Assembly: GCF_006345805.1 (NCBI RefSeq)
Contig: NW_021837014.1
Span: 1 to 22,157 of the forward strand
DNA: 22,157 bases
Reading direction: 5' to 3'
Origin: Octopus sinensis
Lineage: Eukaryota
Shown: piece after piece, positions 21,363 to 22,157 of the stretch
Position numbering within the stretch: position 1 is the first letter of the stretch
Layout of the letters: the number at the start of each line of letters is the position of its first letter
Notes under the pieces: generated by a model
The model's input: only the letters and a program-made list of their open reading frames with translations
The model's database searches: none
Told to the model about the DNA's origin: nothing
Made by a program: the position numbers and the translations under genes

Positions 21363-21671
21363 GGAGGCGCAATAGCCCTGTGGTTAGGGCAGCGGACTCG
21401 CGGTCGGAGGATCGCGGTTTCGTTTCCCAGACCGGGCGTTGTGTGTGTTTATTGAGCGAAAACACCTAAAGCTCCACGAGGCTCCGGCAGGGGGTGGTCG
21501 CGACTCTTGTTGTACTCTTTCACACCAACATTCTCTCACTCTTTCCTCCTGTTTCTTGGGTAACTGCTGCGATGGACTGGCGTCCCGTCCAGCTGGGGGG
21601 AACACATACGCCATAGAAACCGGGAAACCGGGCCCATGAGCATGGCTAGGCTTGAAAGGGGCGCATAAAAA
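21363..21671 (+). mobile_element. Full-length tRNA(Arg-like)-derived SINE inserted in a TA-rich site
   Basis: tRNA-like head ggaggcgcaa with A-box tagccctgtgg (21373-21383) and B-box ggtttcgtttcc (21416-21427). Central gggtaac..gcgatggactggcgtcccgtccag (21558-21592), A-rich tail at ~21666-21671, TA repeats on both flanks. Confidence 0.88.
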
Positions 21672-21759
21672 TTTATATATATATATATACACTGTGACTA
21701 TGTACATATCTAGGAATAAAACAGCTGATGACTGTCAGTGACCAAACCAAGAGAAACTA

Positions 21760-22157
21760 TTACGTTGTCCGGAAAGTTCGTGCCGATTTATAGTAGCTTA
21801 TCTTTCGACTTATTTTAGAACATGGTTGAGTCCATAAAATAGGATTTGACTACACCTCCATTTAGAGCACAGTTTAAGCTATCTCTTCGTGGAAGGAGGT
21901 TTATGTTCCTATAACCTCTGTTAATTTTGTAACCCTTTAAAATGGAAGATAAGACAGTTCATCTTCGGCACTTGATGCTTTGGGAATCAGACAAAAATTT
22001 CTGCAGCTGGGATGTATTACCCCACCCTCTATATTCACCAGATATTGCTCCTTCGGATTTTTACTTATTCAGGTCTCTGCAGAATAGTCTTAATAGTAAA
22101 ATTTCAATTCCTTGGATGATGTAAAAGGATACCTTGATGAATTCTTTGCCATGAAAC
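21760..22157 (+). mobile_element. Second copy of the same mariner deletion derivative, cut off by the window end
   Basis: TA at 21758-21759, TIR 21760-21789 (ttacgttgtccggaaagttcgtgccgattt), ATG at 21942. ORF MEDKTVHLRHLMLWE...WDVLPHPLYSPDIAPSDFYLFRSLQNSLN. Colinear with the reverse complement of 12539-13079 at roughly 85-90% identity by eye. Confidence 0.95.

Noticed and set aside
21363-21435. tRNA gene
   Set aside because: No acceptor-stem closure or downstream T-run terminator; it is the head of a SINE.

Overview
AT-rich eukaryotic, essentially non-coding DNA (intron or intergenic). Compound microsatellites (TA, CA/TG, GA/CT, GATA, CATA, TAG/TGG/GAT/CAT) make up a large part of it and explain almost every ORF in the supplied track. 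The repeat content looks like an octopus (coleoid cephalopod) genome; this is recognition from memory, not a database result. No intact protein-coding gene, rRNA, true tRNA or CRISPR array is supportable. Between the microsatellites lie transposon relics: a frameshifted Penelope-like retroelement (RT C-terminus plus GIY-YIG endonuclease, ~8350-9350, minus) missed by the ORF track; two oppositely oriented copies of a mariner deletion derivative with the same internal deletion (12539-13079 and 21760-end); a full-length tRNA-derived SINE (21363-21671) and many SINE fragments; a probable RTE-LINE zinc-finger remnant; and a probable Helitron 5' fragment. Inverted repeats are dense: long hairpins at 310-460, 536-649 and 19233-19690, plus two fold-back duplications next to (TA)n tracts. 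One small minus-strand exon candidate (9779-9827) has good splice signals. I found no convincing new biological system; the best leads are the fold-back structures, the mariner pair and the Penelope relic.
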